From an uncultured delta proteobacterium (lineage in GTDB: Bacteria > Desulfobacterota > Binatia > UBA9968), in contig CAWDPO010000003.1 in assembly GCA_963804165.1 (NCBI GenBank), positions 192,001-256,000 on the forward strand: DNA of 64,000 nucleotides, given 5' to 3'. The position numbers were made by a program, and so were the translations under genes. The notes beneath the pieces were generated by a model that was given only the letters and a program-made list of their open reading frames with translations, was not told the origin of the DNA and did no database searches. Of this stretch, positions 10,054 to 21,276 are shown piece after piece; position 1 is the stretch's first letter; every line of letters begins with the position of its first letter.

Positions 10054-10965
10054 TTAAATCCCGACGCTCCGCCATCGCTTAAGCCGCGGATCGAGGAGAT
10101 CGCGCAGGGCGTCGCCGAGAAGATTGATGCCGAGCACGGTGATGAAGATGCACAGTCCGGGAAATAGCGGCAGCCACCAGGCGGTGCTGATGTAGATGCG
10201 CGCGTCGGCGAGCATGGTGCCCCAGGTGGGAATCTCGGGCGGCACGCCGACGCCGAGAAAGCTCAAGCTCGCTTCGGCGATAATCGACGACGCCATGGCG
10301 AATGTGCCGATGACTAGCGAGGTCTGGATCAGGTTAGGAATAATATGGCGCGTGATGATCTGACGGTTGCTTGCACCCAGGCATTGCGCGGCCGTGACGA
10401 AATCCGCGATGGCGCAGCGACAAAGGTTTGCCCGCGCACGACGCGGCAGTAGGGAATCCAGCGCTGCGCCACCAGCGCCAGGATCAGATTGAACAAACCC
10501 TGACCGAAAAACGCCATGATCGTGATGCCGAGCAAGAGCGGCGGAAAGGCCCAGACGACTTCGACGAGTTTTTGAATCGCGAAGTCGACTTTGCCGCCGA
10601 AGTAGCCGGAAATCGCGCCGAGCGTGATGCCAATAAAACCCGAAACGAAAACCACCGCAAAGGCGACCAGCAGCGATACGCGGGAGCCATGAATCACGCG
10701 GCTTAAGATGTCGCGTCCCAGATTGTCGGTGCCGAGCACATGCGGCGCGCCGATGCCCTGCCGGCGCCTTCATCATCGCCGTGAGCTCCTGCTTGTTGGG
10801 ATCGTGGGGCGCCACGGCCGGGCCGATGATGCCCATTAAAATAAAAATCAAAACGATCACGCCGCCGCTAAATGCTTTGACGTGCAAGCGCGGCATCAGC
10901 CGCGGCGGCAGGCGCGCGTCCTTTTCAGTAGCGGATTCGAGGGTCAACGACTGCATAAAGTCCAT
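10054..10965 (-). CDS. Peptide/nickel ABC permease DppC-like (frameshifted)
   Basis: LGTDNLGRDILSRVIHGSRVSL, EASLSFLGVG, WGTMLADAR, NLLGDALRDLLDPR. Confidence 0.9.
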   Translation of the reverse strand: MDFMQSLTLESATEKDARLPPRLMPRLHVKAFSGGVIVLIFILMGIIGPAVAPHDPNKQELTAMMKAPAGHRRAACARHRQSGTRHLKPRDSWLPRIAAGRLCGGFRFGFYWHHARRDFRLLRRQSRLRDSKTRRSRLGLSAALARHHDHGVFRSGFVQSDPGAGGAALDSLLPRRARANLCRCAIADFVTAAQCLGASNRQIITRHIIPNLIQTSLVIGTFAMASSIIAEASLSFLGVGVPPEIPTWGTMLADARIYISTAWWLPLFPGLCIFITVLGINLLGDALRDLLDPRLKRWRSVGI

Positions 10966-11927
10966 CGATAATCAGATTGATCGCTACGAATGCCAGCGTA
11001 TAGGTCATAACGATACCCGTGACTAGCGGATAGTCACGCGCGTTGAGCGCGGTGATGAGCAAGCTGCCGCTGCCGGGCCACGAAAAAACGGTTTCGACAA
11101 TGATCGAGCCGCTGAGCAGCGTGCCGAGCTCGAGGCCGACGACCGTGATCACCGGAATGAGCGCGTTGCTGGTCACGTGGCGCCACACGACGTTTTTCTC
11201 GCGCAATCCTTTGGCCCGCGCGGTTTGAATATAATCTTCGTTCAGGACTTCTAAAATCGCCGAGCGCGTGACCCGCATCAAAATGCCGAGCATGTTCACG
11301 CCGAGCGCCAGTGCCGGCAGAAAGATATGGGTCAACGCGTCCCAAACCGCCGGCCAGTTTTTCTGCATGATGCTGTCGAAAATATAAAACCCGGTCTGTT
11401 CCGGTCCGGCAATGCCATAAGTGCTGCGGCCCGAAGTCGGCAGCAGATTCAAAACGCCGGCAAGCAAGAGAATCAACATGATCGCCAGCCAGAAACTCGG
11501 CATGCTGATACCGAAGAGCCCGAAGGTGGTGCCGACATTGTCGATCCAGGAATTGGGCCTGGAGCCGGACCACACGCCCAAGCGGGATCGCCAAAAGCGT
11601 CGCGATGAGAATTGCAAAGAACGCCAGCTCGATGGTCGCCGGCAGGCGCGTTTTGATCACGTTGATCACCGGTTCGGCATATTTGAACGACTTGCCGAAA
11701 TCACCGGCAGCCGCGGATTTGAGAAATTTTAAATATTGAACGTAAAGAGGCTGATCCAAACCCCAGCGTTCTTTCGCGCGCGCGACTTCCGCGGCGTTGG
11801 TTTCCTCGCCGAGGAGAAGTAGTGTCGGATCGCCGGGCGCGGCGTGGATCAGCAGAAAAACCAGCAAGCTGATGAGCAAGAGAACCGGCACCGTGCCCAT
11901 GAGACGTTGGGCGAGGTAGCTAGTCAT
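10925..11927 (-). CDS. Peptide/nickel ABC permease DppB-like (frameshifted)
   Basis: APGDP, GLDQPLYVQY, GDFGKS, DYIQTARAKGL, IVETVFSWPG, RDYPLV, DPRIR. Confidence 0.9.
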
Positions 11928-12005
11928 GGGAAAAAACTCGTTGCGCGGCAACGTGATAGGTTCTAATTTTTGCCGTCACGGCGCGCTGCGAGCCGAGATC
12001 GAATC

Positions 12006-12081
12006 GGAGTGTTGGAGAACTGGAGTATTGGGTTTTGTCCATCACTCCATCACTCCACCATTCCATTATTCCAACACCCCA
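12006..12081. repeat. 8-nt-period tandem/inverted repeat hairpin
   Basis: GGAGTGTT GGAGAACT GGAGTATT ... TCCATCAC TCCATCAC TCCACCAT TCCATTAT TCCAACAC. Confidence 0.8.
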
Positions 12082-12087
12082 ATCCGT

Positions 12088-13612
12088 TCAGCGCTTCACC
12101 GCCATGTCGATTGCGTAGATGCGTGCATCCGGCAGCGGCTTGTAATCGACCCGCGCGTTCAGGCCCCAGAGCAGCTTGTGGCGCCACATGAAGCAAGCCG
12201 GCGCGTCCTCCGTCAGAATGCTCATCGCTTGCGATAAATATTGGCGACGCTTTTTCGGATCGAACTCCTGCTGTTCCTTGTCGAGCAGCTCGTCGAGCTT
12301 GGGACTGGAGTAACCGATGCGCGGGGTCTCGCCGCTGTGAAAATATTGGTGCAGCGCAGCGCTCGGATCCTGCACCGAACCGCGACCCATGTAATAAAAA
12401 GGTATCATGCCTTTCTGCACGCTCGCCCAAAGCGTCGCCCACTCCGGCGTGAGCAGCTTGGCGCGGAATCCGGCCGCATTGAGCATGGGAATCATCGCTT
12501 CGGTCAATTGCTTGTCCAGCGTGTAACGCCCGACCGGAGTCTGCAACTCGACGTCAACGCCGTTCGGATAGCCCGCTTGCGCGAGAAGTTTTTTTGATTT
12601 TTCCGGGTCGAAGTTCATCTTCGGCTTCAGATTGGGATCGAAACCGTATTGACCTTGGCCGATGGGGCCGTCGAGGCGGCTAGCGGAGCCTTCGAGAAGC
12701 GTGGCAATAATTTGGTCCCGATTGATCGAGTGGCAGACCGCTTGGCGCACTTCTTTTTTGTCAAAGGGCGGTTTGGGTTGCATCGCCAGAAACATGATTT
12801 CCACCGAGTCGGTCGGCGCGATGCGCAACTTGCTATTTTTCTCGACCCGTTGGCGCATGTGGGGCGGAATGAACTGGGCGATTTGAATCTCGTCATTCAA
12901 TAAAGCCGTGACGCGTTGCTCGGGCTCACGCATGATGCGGTACACGACTTCGTCCGGCGCTCGAGGATTCTTCTTGGCATCAGGATGATCGGGCCGTTTG
13001 AGGAGCACCAAGCGCTGCCCGGGAATCAGCTCTTTCAGTTGGTACGGGCCACCGCCCATCATATGTTCTCTGTCGGCGACGTCGCGGCCGTACTTGTCGA
13101 AAGCGGCTTTGCTCGTCACGATCAGCCGATCGCATAGAAATGACAGAAGTGGCGCCGTGGGTTTGTCGGTGGTGATCCTTGACTGTGAATTTGTCGACGG
13201 CCTCAGCTTTGACGACGGACGGCGCGACGGAAGCTTTCTGTTTGGACTGAGGATCGTTGATCACCCGATTTATGAGCGAATGGACGACATCCTCAGCGGT
13301 CACCGTCGTGCCGTCGTTGAATTTGTAATTCTTACTCAGATAGAAGTTCCAAGTGGTCGGGTTTTCCACTTTCCAGCGCTCGGCAAGACGGCCCTCGAAA
13401 TCACCCTTCGCATAATTGTAGGTACAGAAGGGGCCGGTGACTTCGCTAAAAATTCCATAAAGCAACGATACGCTGTCGCCATAGGGATTGTGCGTCTCGA
13501 TGGTTTCGGTAACGCCGATGGATACGCGCGTTTGTGCGCCTGATTCGACACTGTTGCACAGGAGCAAGGCAAGTGCCGCGAAAATCACCATGTAACCCCT
13601 TGAGCTTCTCAT
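12088..13612 (-). CDS. ABC substrate-binding protein family 5 (DppA/OppA-like; 1 frameshift)
   Basis: Signal peptide; LAERWKV...FNDGTTVTAEDV; GGGPY; PFDKKEVRQAV..SINRD; AQAGYPNG. Confidence 0.9.
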
Positions 13613-13815
13613 GGTCCGTATCCTCCGCAAAATTCGAGTCGATCCGGGTGATCGATGCGAAATCATTTACAGCACGGGCGCGTGTTGTCAAGACGAGATA
13701 ATGTGTCGAAGCTTGGTTGTATTCGCGGTTGACAGGAGGAAAGCTCTAGGACTAATCGTTACTCAGAGTAAGGGTAAATGCGAACGGTCGCCAATTAACT
13801 AGCGAGGACGAAGTC

Positions 13816-14967
13816 ATGGCCAAGAACGGTTACAGGATTATCGATAGCGACATGCATGTATTCGAACCCCATGATCTGTATACGCAATACATGAATCCCA
13901 AGTGGGGCGATCGAATTCCGCGCGGACAGCCGAGAAAACGGCACGGCCAGATCAAGTTTACTTTCGCGGATGGAAAGCCGATCCGTCCGTCGGGCACGCA
14001 GGTGCTCGCCGCCACCTCGCCCAGGCAGGGTCGCGATGAAAGCTCACCCGGCGAAACTGAAGTCGCGCAGCGCTACGCGAAACCGCTGGCGCGCGCTTAC
14101 GACGCGGTCTCTCAGCTCGAGGCGATGGACGGTGAAGGCGTGGACGTCGCCGTTTTATTTCGGACCTTCCCGCTTCACTGTGATGATAGTTTGGAAGCGG
14201 AATATGCCAACGATTTGTGTCGAGCGTGGAATAGTTGGATGGCGGATTTCTGCAAAGCCGATTCGAAACGGCTGCGGCCGTCCGCATTAATTACCTTGCA
14301 CGACGTCGACCTCGCTGTCGATGAAGCGCGGCGCGCAATTAAAGAACTGGGCGCGATCGGCTTGTGTCTGGTACCGGAGCCGTTGAACGGCCGGCACATT
14401 CATGACCGCTGCTTCGATCCGGTTTGGCGCGAAGCGGAAAGCTTGGGCGTGCCGATTTGCTTCCACCCGGCGGCGAGTCCCAATCAAGACCAAGCCGTGC
14501 ACCGGTTCAAGGGGCATAGTAATGAAGCCGTGCTGATCAACGCTTTTCGTAATCCCGTGGAATTGATGCTTGCCGTCGGAAGTTTTTGCGCCGGCGGTGT
14601 GCTCGAACGATTTCCCAACCTTCGCGTGGCGTTCCTCGAGGGCAATTGCAGTTGGTTGCCTTGGGCCTTGTATCGCCTCGACGAGCGCTGGGAAATGCGC
14701 AAAGGCTACTGCAACGAGCCCATGAGTTTGCGGCCGAGCGATTATTTTCTGCGCCAGTGTTTCATTTCCGTCGACGTCGAAGAAGAGCTGGTTGTCGACG
14801 TGATCCGCCGCATCGGTGACAACAACGTGGTGATCTCGACGGACTATCCGCACGCTGACTCGCACTGGCCCAATGCGGTGAATCACTTCTTGGCCGTGGA
14901 GATACCGAGCGACGCGAGGAAAAAAATTCTATGGGACAACTGCGCGCGCCTGTATGGAGTTGATTGA
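13816..14967 (+). CDS. Amidohydrolase-2 family protein
   Basis: IIDSDMHVFEP, MDGEGVDVAVLF, ICFH, LERFPNLRVAFLEG, STDYPHAD, NCARLY. Confidence 0.92.
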   Translation: MAKNGYRIIDSDMHVFEPHDLYTQYMNPKWGDRIPRGQPRKRHGQIKFTFADGKPIRPSGTQVLAATSPRQGRDESSPGETEVAQRYAKPLARAYDAVSQLEAMDGEGVDVAVLFRTFPLHCDDSLEAEYANDLCRAWNSWMADFCKADSKRLRPSALITLHDVDLAVDEARRAIKELGAIGLCLVPEPLNGRHIHDRCFDPVWREAESLGVPICFHPAASPNQDQAVHRFKGHSNEAVLINAFRNPVELMLAVGSFCAGGVLERFPNLRVAFLEGNCSWLPWALYRLDERWEMRKGYCNEPMSLRPSDYFLRQCFISVDVEEELVVDVIRRIGDNNVVISTDYPHADSHWPNAVNHFLAVEIPSDARKKILWDNCARLYGVD

Positions 14968-15000
14968 AAATACACTGCGATGACACGGCCCGCAAAGTAA

Positions 15001-15115
15001 GACTGTCTTAGAATGTCATTCTGAGGAGTATGCGACGAAGAATCTGGTTTTCTTTTTTACGAGGGTTAGGAGATGGATCGAGAAAGCAGATCCTTCGCTA
15101 GCGCTCAGGATGACA
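15001..15115. repeat. TGTCATTCTGAG-type REP-like palindrome (same family as the IS target)
   Basis: GACTGTCTTAGAA TGTCATTCTGAG...CGAAGAATCT...AGATCCTTCG...CTCAGGATGACA. Confidence 0.8.
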
Positions 15116-15273
15116 ACTAGAGAGTGCTGGCGGCATCTGTGCCCCCTGCTCAATGTTTCGAATGACCTTTGTAGGGGCAACTTCTTGTGAGTGCCATAGT
15201 CAAATTGGCATGTACCACGAAGGTCGCAAAGGGAACTTGGCGGTTAATTGATCTTTAAAGGAGCAATGACATC

Positions 15274-16212
15274 ATGGCGAATCACTTACCCTGCGGCATT
15301 GAGTTGCCACAGGTGTTTTTCGACGGTCCGGTCGACATGGATCATATCCGCAAGTTCGCGGCGCGGGCGGAGACGCTCGGCTATGACAGTCTTTGGCTGC
15401 AAGAGCGAATCGTCGGCGACTTCACGATGCTGGAGCCGGTGACGTTGCTGAGTTATGTCGCGGCCATCACGACAAAGTTGAAATTGGGCACTTCGGTCAT
15501 TCTATTGCCGCTGCGAAATCCACTGCAATTGGCGAAAGCTTATTCGACGCTCGATGTGATGAGCAACGGACGCGCGATCATGGGCGTCGGTCTCGGCGGC
15601 GGACATCTCGGTTCACATGAAGATCTCTTCGGCTACACGCGTGAAGGGCGGGTGACGCGCTTTACCGAAGCGGTGCAGATCATGAAGCTCCTCTGGACCG
15701 AACCGAAGGCGAGCTTCAAAGGCCGCTACTGGAACTTTAAAGATGTCTCGATGGAACCCAAACCGATGCAGCAGCCGCATCTGCCAATTATCTTCGGCGG
15801 CCATCACGAGAACGCGCTGCGCCGCGCGGTGAAGTATGCCGACGGCTGGATGGGTGCGGGCTCGTCGTCTTCGGGATCGTTTATCCGAGAGTCGGCGCGG
15901 CTTCGCGACATGCTCGCCGACGCCAAGCGTGACCCGGCGACGTTTCACTTCGCCAAACGGGTCTATCTCGCGGTCGATGGCGATAAGGCGCGCGCCGAAC
16001 GGCGCATCCGCGACTGGTTCGGCAAACGCTATAAAAATGCCGACCTCGGTCCAAAGGTTTCGATCTGGGGCGGCGCCGCTGAATGCACGGAGAAGATTCA
16101 AGAGATCGTCAATGCCGGCGCGCAGCAGATCGTTTTTAATCCGTTGTTCGACGAGATGGAACACTTGGAGGTCTGCGCCAAAGAGATCATGGTGGATCTC
16201 CGGGAGATTTGA
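15274..16212 (+). CDS. LLM-class flavin/F420-dependent oxidoreductase
   Basis: AETLGYDSLW, EPVTLLSYVAA.T..KLGTSV, LAKAYSTLDVMSNGR, PKPMQQPH, ADGWM. Confidence 0.9.
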   Translation: MANHLPCGIELPQVFFDGPVDMDHIRKFAARAETLGYDSLWLQERIVGDFTMLEPVTLLSYVAAITTKLKLGTSVILLPLRNPLQLAKAYSTLDVMSNGRAIMGVGLGGGHLGSHEDLFGYTREGRVTRFTEAVQIMKLLWTEPKASFKGRYWNFKDVSMEPKPMQQPHLPIIFGGHHENALRRAVKYADGWMGAGSSSSGSFIRESARLRDMLADAKRDPATFHFAKRVYLAVDGDKARAERRIRDWFGKRYKNADLGPKVSIWGGAAECTEKIQEIVNAGAQQIVFNPLFDEMEHLEVCAKEIMVDLREI

Positions 16213-16295
16213 GTTAATCGTAATGTGCCCGACAAACAAAACTTCACTAGAAATTTCCAACGTCAAATCCATGGAGATAGGAAAGGGTAGCTGTA

Positions 16296-17254
16296 ATGAC
16301 AAAATTGTTTCTCGCGTCACTGGTCTATTGTTTTCTCGCCGCGCCCGTCCACGCGGCGGACAAGATCCGGATTGGTTTTCCTGAATTCAACTCTTCGACA
16401 TTTACCCTTCCCTTGGCGCATATTAAAGGCTTCTTTAACGAAGAAGGGCTGCAAGCGGAGCTGATCAGGATTCGCTCCGCTGTGGCTTTGCCGGCGCTGA
16501 CTAGCGGCGAAATCGACTACCACACGGTGGTCGCTCCCGCCGTCAATGCGGCGTTGCGTGGCATCCCGGTCCGGGTCGTTGCTTGTTTTACTCCCGGACT
16601 TACCACTGCGATCATCGCTCGCCCCGAGATCAAGACGGTCCAGGATCTCAAAGGCAAGATCATCGGGCTCAACAGCATCGGCGGCGGACTGGAAAGCACG
16701 GTGCGCATGATGTTGAAGCACTACGGACTCGATCCCGACAAGGATGTAAAGTTTCTCGCGACGGGTGGGAGTCGAGACGCGCTTTGCCGCCCTGAAACAG
16801 GGATTGACAGTGGCGACGGCGGGCTCCACGCCGGCTGACTATCTGGGCAAGAAATTAGGCTACGTCGTGCTGGCGCGGGCTTACGATCTTTTCAGTTATC
16901 CAAACACAGGACTAGTCACCAGCGTGAAAAGTATCAAGGAAAATCCCGATCGGCTCAAGCGCGTGATCAGAGCCGGCATCAAGGCCAATCGTTACATACT
17001 GCAAAATCGCGAGGGAACGATTCAAGTCATGATGCAGTGGATGAGGATCGACAAGGACACGGCGACGGCAACCTACGACGGCTCGGTGAAATCATTCAAT
17101 GACGATGGCAGCAGTGTCCGAAGCCGGTTTGCGCATCGCCATCGACGAATCGAGAAAGCCGCGAATATCAACCCGCGAAGTGGCCTTCAGCGAAGTTGCG
17201 GATTTTTCGGTGCTGCGCGAAGCGCAGCAGGAGATGGGTATTAAAGACGAGTAG
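16296..17254 (+). CDS. ABC substrate-binding protein, SsuA/NMT1-like (frameshifted)
   Basis: Signal peptide, ADKIRIG, GFFNEEGL, ALTSGEIDY, DLKGKIIG, GLDPDKDV; paralog of 19447. Confidence 0.85.
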
Positions 17255-17265
17255 GAGGAGAACTG

Positions 17266-18376
17266 ATGCCGCTGTAGAGCAGATTAAAGCTAAGCGTGCT
17301 GGCGTCGGCCTTCGCGCCTGTGATCGCGACCGTGCGTTTCCCGGCTATACTTTGTTCGCGCCGCAAAGCGGCAGTGGCAAAGTTTACCTGATCGACATTG
17401 ACGGCAACGTGGTCCACACTTGGCAGATGCCGTATCCACCCGGCAACTCCGGCTATCTGACTGAAAGAGGCACTTTGTTTTACAATGGAAAAATCATTGA
17501 ACAGTCGGATCGCTTTATCAGCCGGCAACCCTGGAAAGGCGGCGTTGTGCTCGAAGCAGATTGGAATGGACGAGTCCTCTGGGAGGTGCGCCAACCCGAT
17601 CATCACCACGATGGTATTCGGCTTCGTAATGGCAACATGCTGCTGATTTGCTTAGCGCGGTTGCCACAGCGATCTCGTTTCTCGGGTCAAAGGCGGTCGG
17701 CCCGGCACTGAGCACAATGGCGAGATGTATGCGGACTATCTAGTCGAGATGACGACGGATGGCCGTTTGGTTTGGGACTGGCGCACGTGGGAGCACCTCG
17801 ATCCGGTGACAGACTGCATCACCGCGATGCAAGATCTACGGGAAGCGTGGACGCATGCCAACGGTCTTGCCGAGATGGCGAACGGTGATATCGTTGTGAG
17901 TTTTCGTAACATCTCGACCGTCATCATCATCGATCGGAAGACGAGTGAGATTATCTGGAAGCTCGGCGCGCCGCCGCTCTCCGGCCAGCATGCGCCGATG
18001 CCGCTCCCGAACGGCAACTTGCTGCTGTTCGACAACGGTCCGCACCGGTTAGATCATACAATGACTTTTTCGCGCATTCATCGAAGTCGATTTGGCGACT
18101 AAGCAAATCGTTTGGAAGTATCAGGAGAGGCGGGAATACGAATTTTATAGCCCGCGGATTTCCAACGCTCGGCGCTTGCCGAACGGCAACACGTTGGTCT
18201 GCGAAGGGGACTTTGGCCGCTTCTTCGAGGTCACGTCTGAAGGCGAATTGGTTTGGGAGTACGTCAACCCCTATTTCGGCGAAGGACCAACTGGACTTAA
18301 TAATCGGGTATTCCGTGCCTACCGATACAGCGAAGAGGAAATTGCCAAAGCCAAAGCGACCGCGGAGACGCAGTGA
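17266..18376 (+). CDS. Arylsulfotransferase (ASST)-like beta-propeller protein (frameshifted)
   Basis: GYTLFAP...VYLIDIDGNVVHTW, HHHDGIRLRNGN, WTHAN, QHAP..LPNGNLLLFDNG, SNARRLPNGNTLVCEG, VWEYVNP, VFRAYRY. Confidence 0.85.
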
Positions 18377-18538
18377 AAAATATTTCGCCATGCGCATTTT
18401 CCGCGGCCGCCGCCGACTATGGCTAAGTTGACCCCTACTTTGTTATCGGATACTTCTATTCGCGATAACAACAGCGGCGAGTTGTCATGCATCGCCGGAT
18501 TCGTTTCCAACAAGAATTGATCGAAGGAGTAACCCAGA

Positions 18539-19309
18539 ATGAGTTCAGATCTCGAAGACGTCAAGCGCGAAGTCGCGACCGCGAATCGCGTTCTCGCCAA
18601 CCTGGGCTTGGCGGCGGGCGTAACCGCCGCTCTCGGGCACGCCAGCATGCGCGTGCCTTCACAGCCCAGTCATTTTTTTGTCAAAGGCCGTGAGTATGAG
18701 TTCGATGCCCTGGCGATCATGGAGCCGGACGACATGGTGCTGTGCGACACCGAGGGATTTCTTATCGGTGGACGACCGGGGCTGACGCAGTGTTCCGAAG
18801 TGAAAATCCATGCCTGTATCTACAAGACGCATCCCAAGATCCAGGCTATCGTGCATGTCCACCCGCGTTACACCATCCTGATGAGCGTGCTGACGGGCTC
18901 GCTCAAAGCAATGCGTCAAGAAGGCGCGCAATTGCTGCGCCGCCCGTTGCCCATTTACCCCCACGTCAAAACCATCCAGACCGAGGCGGAGGGTATGGAG
19001 GTGGCAAATCTGTTAGGCGAAAGCCAAGCGATGCTGCTACGCGGCCACGGCGCCGTAACGACGGGAAAGAACGTCTCAGAGGCGGTGATGGGCATGGCAC
19101 AGCTGGAAGAACAGGCTCAGTTGAACTATCTCGCCTACTGCGCCGAGGGCCAGGACTACACCCATCTGAGCGATGATCTCATCGATGAAATGTCGAATCG
19201 CCCGCCGTTATTCGAACAACCACACTTCAAGGATGTCCTCAAAGGGCGCGAACCGCAGCGCGACGGCACCTGGAACTACCAGAAGCGAGCGGCATCACGG
19301 AACCCGTGA
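18539..19309 (+). CDS. Class II aldolase/adducin family protein
   Basis: LGHASMR, SEVKIHACIYK.HP, IVHVHP, LLRGHG. Confidence 0.9.
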   Translation: MSSDLEDVKREVATANRVLANLGLAAGVTAALGHASMRVPSQPSHFFVKGREYEFDALAIMEPDDMVLCDTEGFLIGGRPGLTQCSEVKIHACIYKTHPKIQAIVHVHPRYTILMSVLTGSLKAMRQEGAQLLRRPLPIYPHVKTIQTEAEGMEVANLLGESQAMLLRGHGAVTTGKNVSEAVMGMAQLEEQAQLNYLAYCAEGQDYTHLSDDLIDEMSNRPPLFEQPHFKDVLKGREPQRDGTWNYQKRAASRNP

Positions 19310-19446
19310 TGCTCCTGCGGGAGCGAATAGGTTGAAATGTGTCTTTGCTGGATTGGTTGCTGACCGATCGTAGTATTTTCAACTGAGCCAAAGATCAAAA
19401 TCCCTCATTCAAAACTGCAGAGCTCGCGGGACATGGTGAAGCGGAG

Positions 19447-20406
19447 ATGCGCATGAAAAAGATTTTCGGCGCGATAATCGCGCTGTTTTTTCTTGACGCG
19501 CCGGTTCATGCGCTGGACAAGGTCAGAATCTCCATGACCGGATTTGCCGGCCAGTTCATGACTTTCCCGTTGGCGCAAAAGAGAGGTTTTCTCAAAGAAG
19601 AAGGCATCGAGGCGGAGATCATCCGGATCTCCGCTGCGGCGGGCCGAGCGGCATTGGCGAGCGGCGACGTGGATTATTCGACTGGCATCGGCGGCACGGC
19701 CATCGGTGGAGCGTTATCCGGAGTACCGATCAAAGTGGTCGCCTGCTATGTGCCGGCGCCGGTGCTCGCGCTGGTGGCGCGGCCTGAGTTCAAATCGGTC
19801 CAGCAACTCAAAGGCAAAACGGTCGCGGTGCTGATCTTCGGCGGCGTCGCTCATTTCGCCGCGCGCGCGATAGTTAAGCACTTCGGTCTCGATCCGGAAA
19901 AGGATTTGAAATATCTCGCGGTGGGTCCGCCTGACGCGCGCTTTGCCGCGCTCAGTCAAGGCTTGGTTGACGCGGCTGTGCTCGGACCGCCGCTTGATTT
20001 CGAGGCGCGAAAGCAAGGCCACAATATTCTCGCGAGAGCCGATGAAGTCCTCATTTTCCCGGAAACGGGTTTGGTCACCGGCGTGAAGAAAATCCAAGAC
20101 AAGCCGGACGAAATCAAACGCGTTATCAGGGCCGGCATCAAGGCGAACCGTTATATTCGCGGCAATCGCGACGGAACCATTCAGTTCTTGATGGAGTGGT
20201 TGAAACTCAATCGCGAGGGCGCTACGGCGACATACGACGGGGTGGTGAAAGTTTATAACGAAGATCCTAACGTGTGCGAAAAAGGACTGCGGTTTGTCAT
20301 CGATGAGACCAAAAAGACCGTGAAGAGCAATCGTGAAATGGCATTCACCGATATTGCCGATCTCTCGATTTTCCGCGACGCTCAGCGAGAAACCGGGATA
20401 AAATAG
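19447..20406 (+). CDS. ABC substrate-binding protein, SsuA/NMT1-like
   Basis: Signal peptide, RGFLKEEGIEAE, ALASGDVDY, LKGKTVAV, GLDPEKD. Confidence 0.88.
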   Translation: MRMKKIFGAIIALFFLDAPVHALDKVRISMTGFAGQFMTFPLAQKRGFLKEEGIEAEIIRISAAAGRAALASGDVDYSTGIGGTAIGGALSGVPIKVVACYVPAPVLALVARPEFKSVQQLKGKTVAVLIFGGVAHFAARAIVKHFGLDPEKDLKYLAVGPPDARFAALSQGLVDAAVLGPPLDFEARKQGHNILARADEVLIFPETGLVTGVKKIQDKPDEIKRVIRAGIKANRYIRGNRDGTIQFLMEWLKLNREGATATYDGVVKVYNEDPNVCEKGLRFVIDETKKTVKSNREMAFTDIADLSIFRDAQRETGIK

Positions 20407-20508
20407 CCCCGCGCACGTCGCGGGAGCTTAGCGTCGGCTATTTCGTTAACCGTAAGCGCGCGAAAGTTAGAGCAGCCTGTGGCTGTGAGCGCTTCTCCCT
20501 GCATTTAG

Positions 20509-20636
20509 CAGGTTGTAAAAAAAGCCTAGGAATGCCTCGACGCGCTCAGCATGAACGGAAAAAACCGATCGTTGCACTCCCTTACCGTTCGCCGTGAGCT
20601 TAGTCGAAGGGTGAACGGAATCTTTTCAACAACCTG
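20509..20636. mobile_element. 128-bp MITE with TTAG target-site duplication
   Basis: Terminal IRs CAGGTTGTAAAAAA / TTTTCAACAACCTG flanked by TTAG at 20505-20508 and 20637-20640; internal palindrome. Confidence 0.75.
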
Positions 20637-20730
20637 TTAGTTCGGAAAGGTAAAGCGTCTGAAATGTTCCTACGTCTCTAATGCGCCCGGCATTGGGCGT
20701 CCCATCTTCACCCGAACTGTTCTGACTCTA

Positions 20731-21156
20731 CTACGCGCTACGCAGTCGCAACTTTCTGCGGCGCGCCCCCGAGCGATATTTTTTCAAACGAAGATTGGGC
20801 GACCGGCTCGACCCGCTTGGATTGCTCCAGCGATTGAGGCCGTTGCGAAGGTACTCGGGATTGAATCCCAGAGTTTCGCAGACGTTGGTGAATGAAAAGA
20901 TCCAATCTTCGGTATCTCTGGTATGGATCCATTCCTGCGCTTCCTCGAAGCATTTCCGTTGTCGGCGGGAGCATCGGCCGGGATCCTTTGCCAGGCAAGA
21001 CACTGCATCCTCGAGCAGGGCGACCATCAAGCGCCGCTCGGGATCGATAAAGTGAGTTCTCCTCAGAGTGGTATAAAACTGCTCGGGTGCCAGCATATCC
21101 GGCTCGAAGAGTTTAACCGTATCCTGGATCGACACCACATTCGTCGCCGTTTTCAT
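20731..21156 (-). CDS. Hypothetical protein with a possible C-terminal HTH-like segment and basic tail
   Basis: LFEPDMLAPEQF...PERRLMVALLEDA...EEAQEWI...WIFSFTNVCETLGFNPEYLRNGL; AGGAG RBS before ATG 21156. Confidence 0.75.
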   Translation of the reverse strand: MKTATNVVSIQDTVKLFEPDMLAPEQFYTTLRRTHFIDPERRLMVALLEDAVSCLAKDPGRCSRRQRKCFEEAQEWIHTRDTEDWIFSFTNVCETLGFNPEYLRNGLNRWSNPSGSSRSPNLRLKKYRSGARRRKLRLRSA

Positions 21157-21276
21157 GATTTCATCGCTCCTGTCATTGGAAAAGGCTTTATGCAATCAAC
21201 ATAATCACAGAATAATATATTGACAAATTCATAATTTCTTATTGTTAGATAGATAAAACCGAAGTATTATTCGGAA

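Noticed and set aside
12006-12081. Possible CRISPR array
   Set aside because: 8-nt period, no unique spacers and no cas genes in the window
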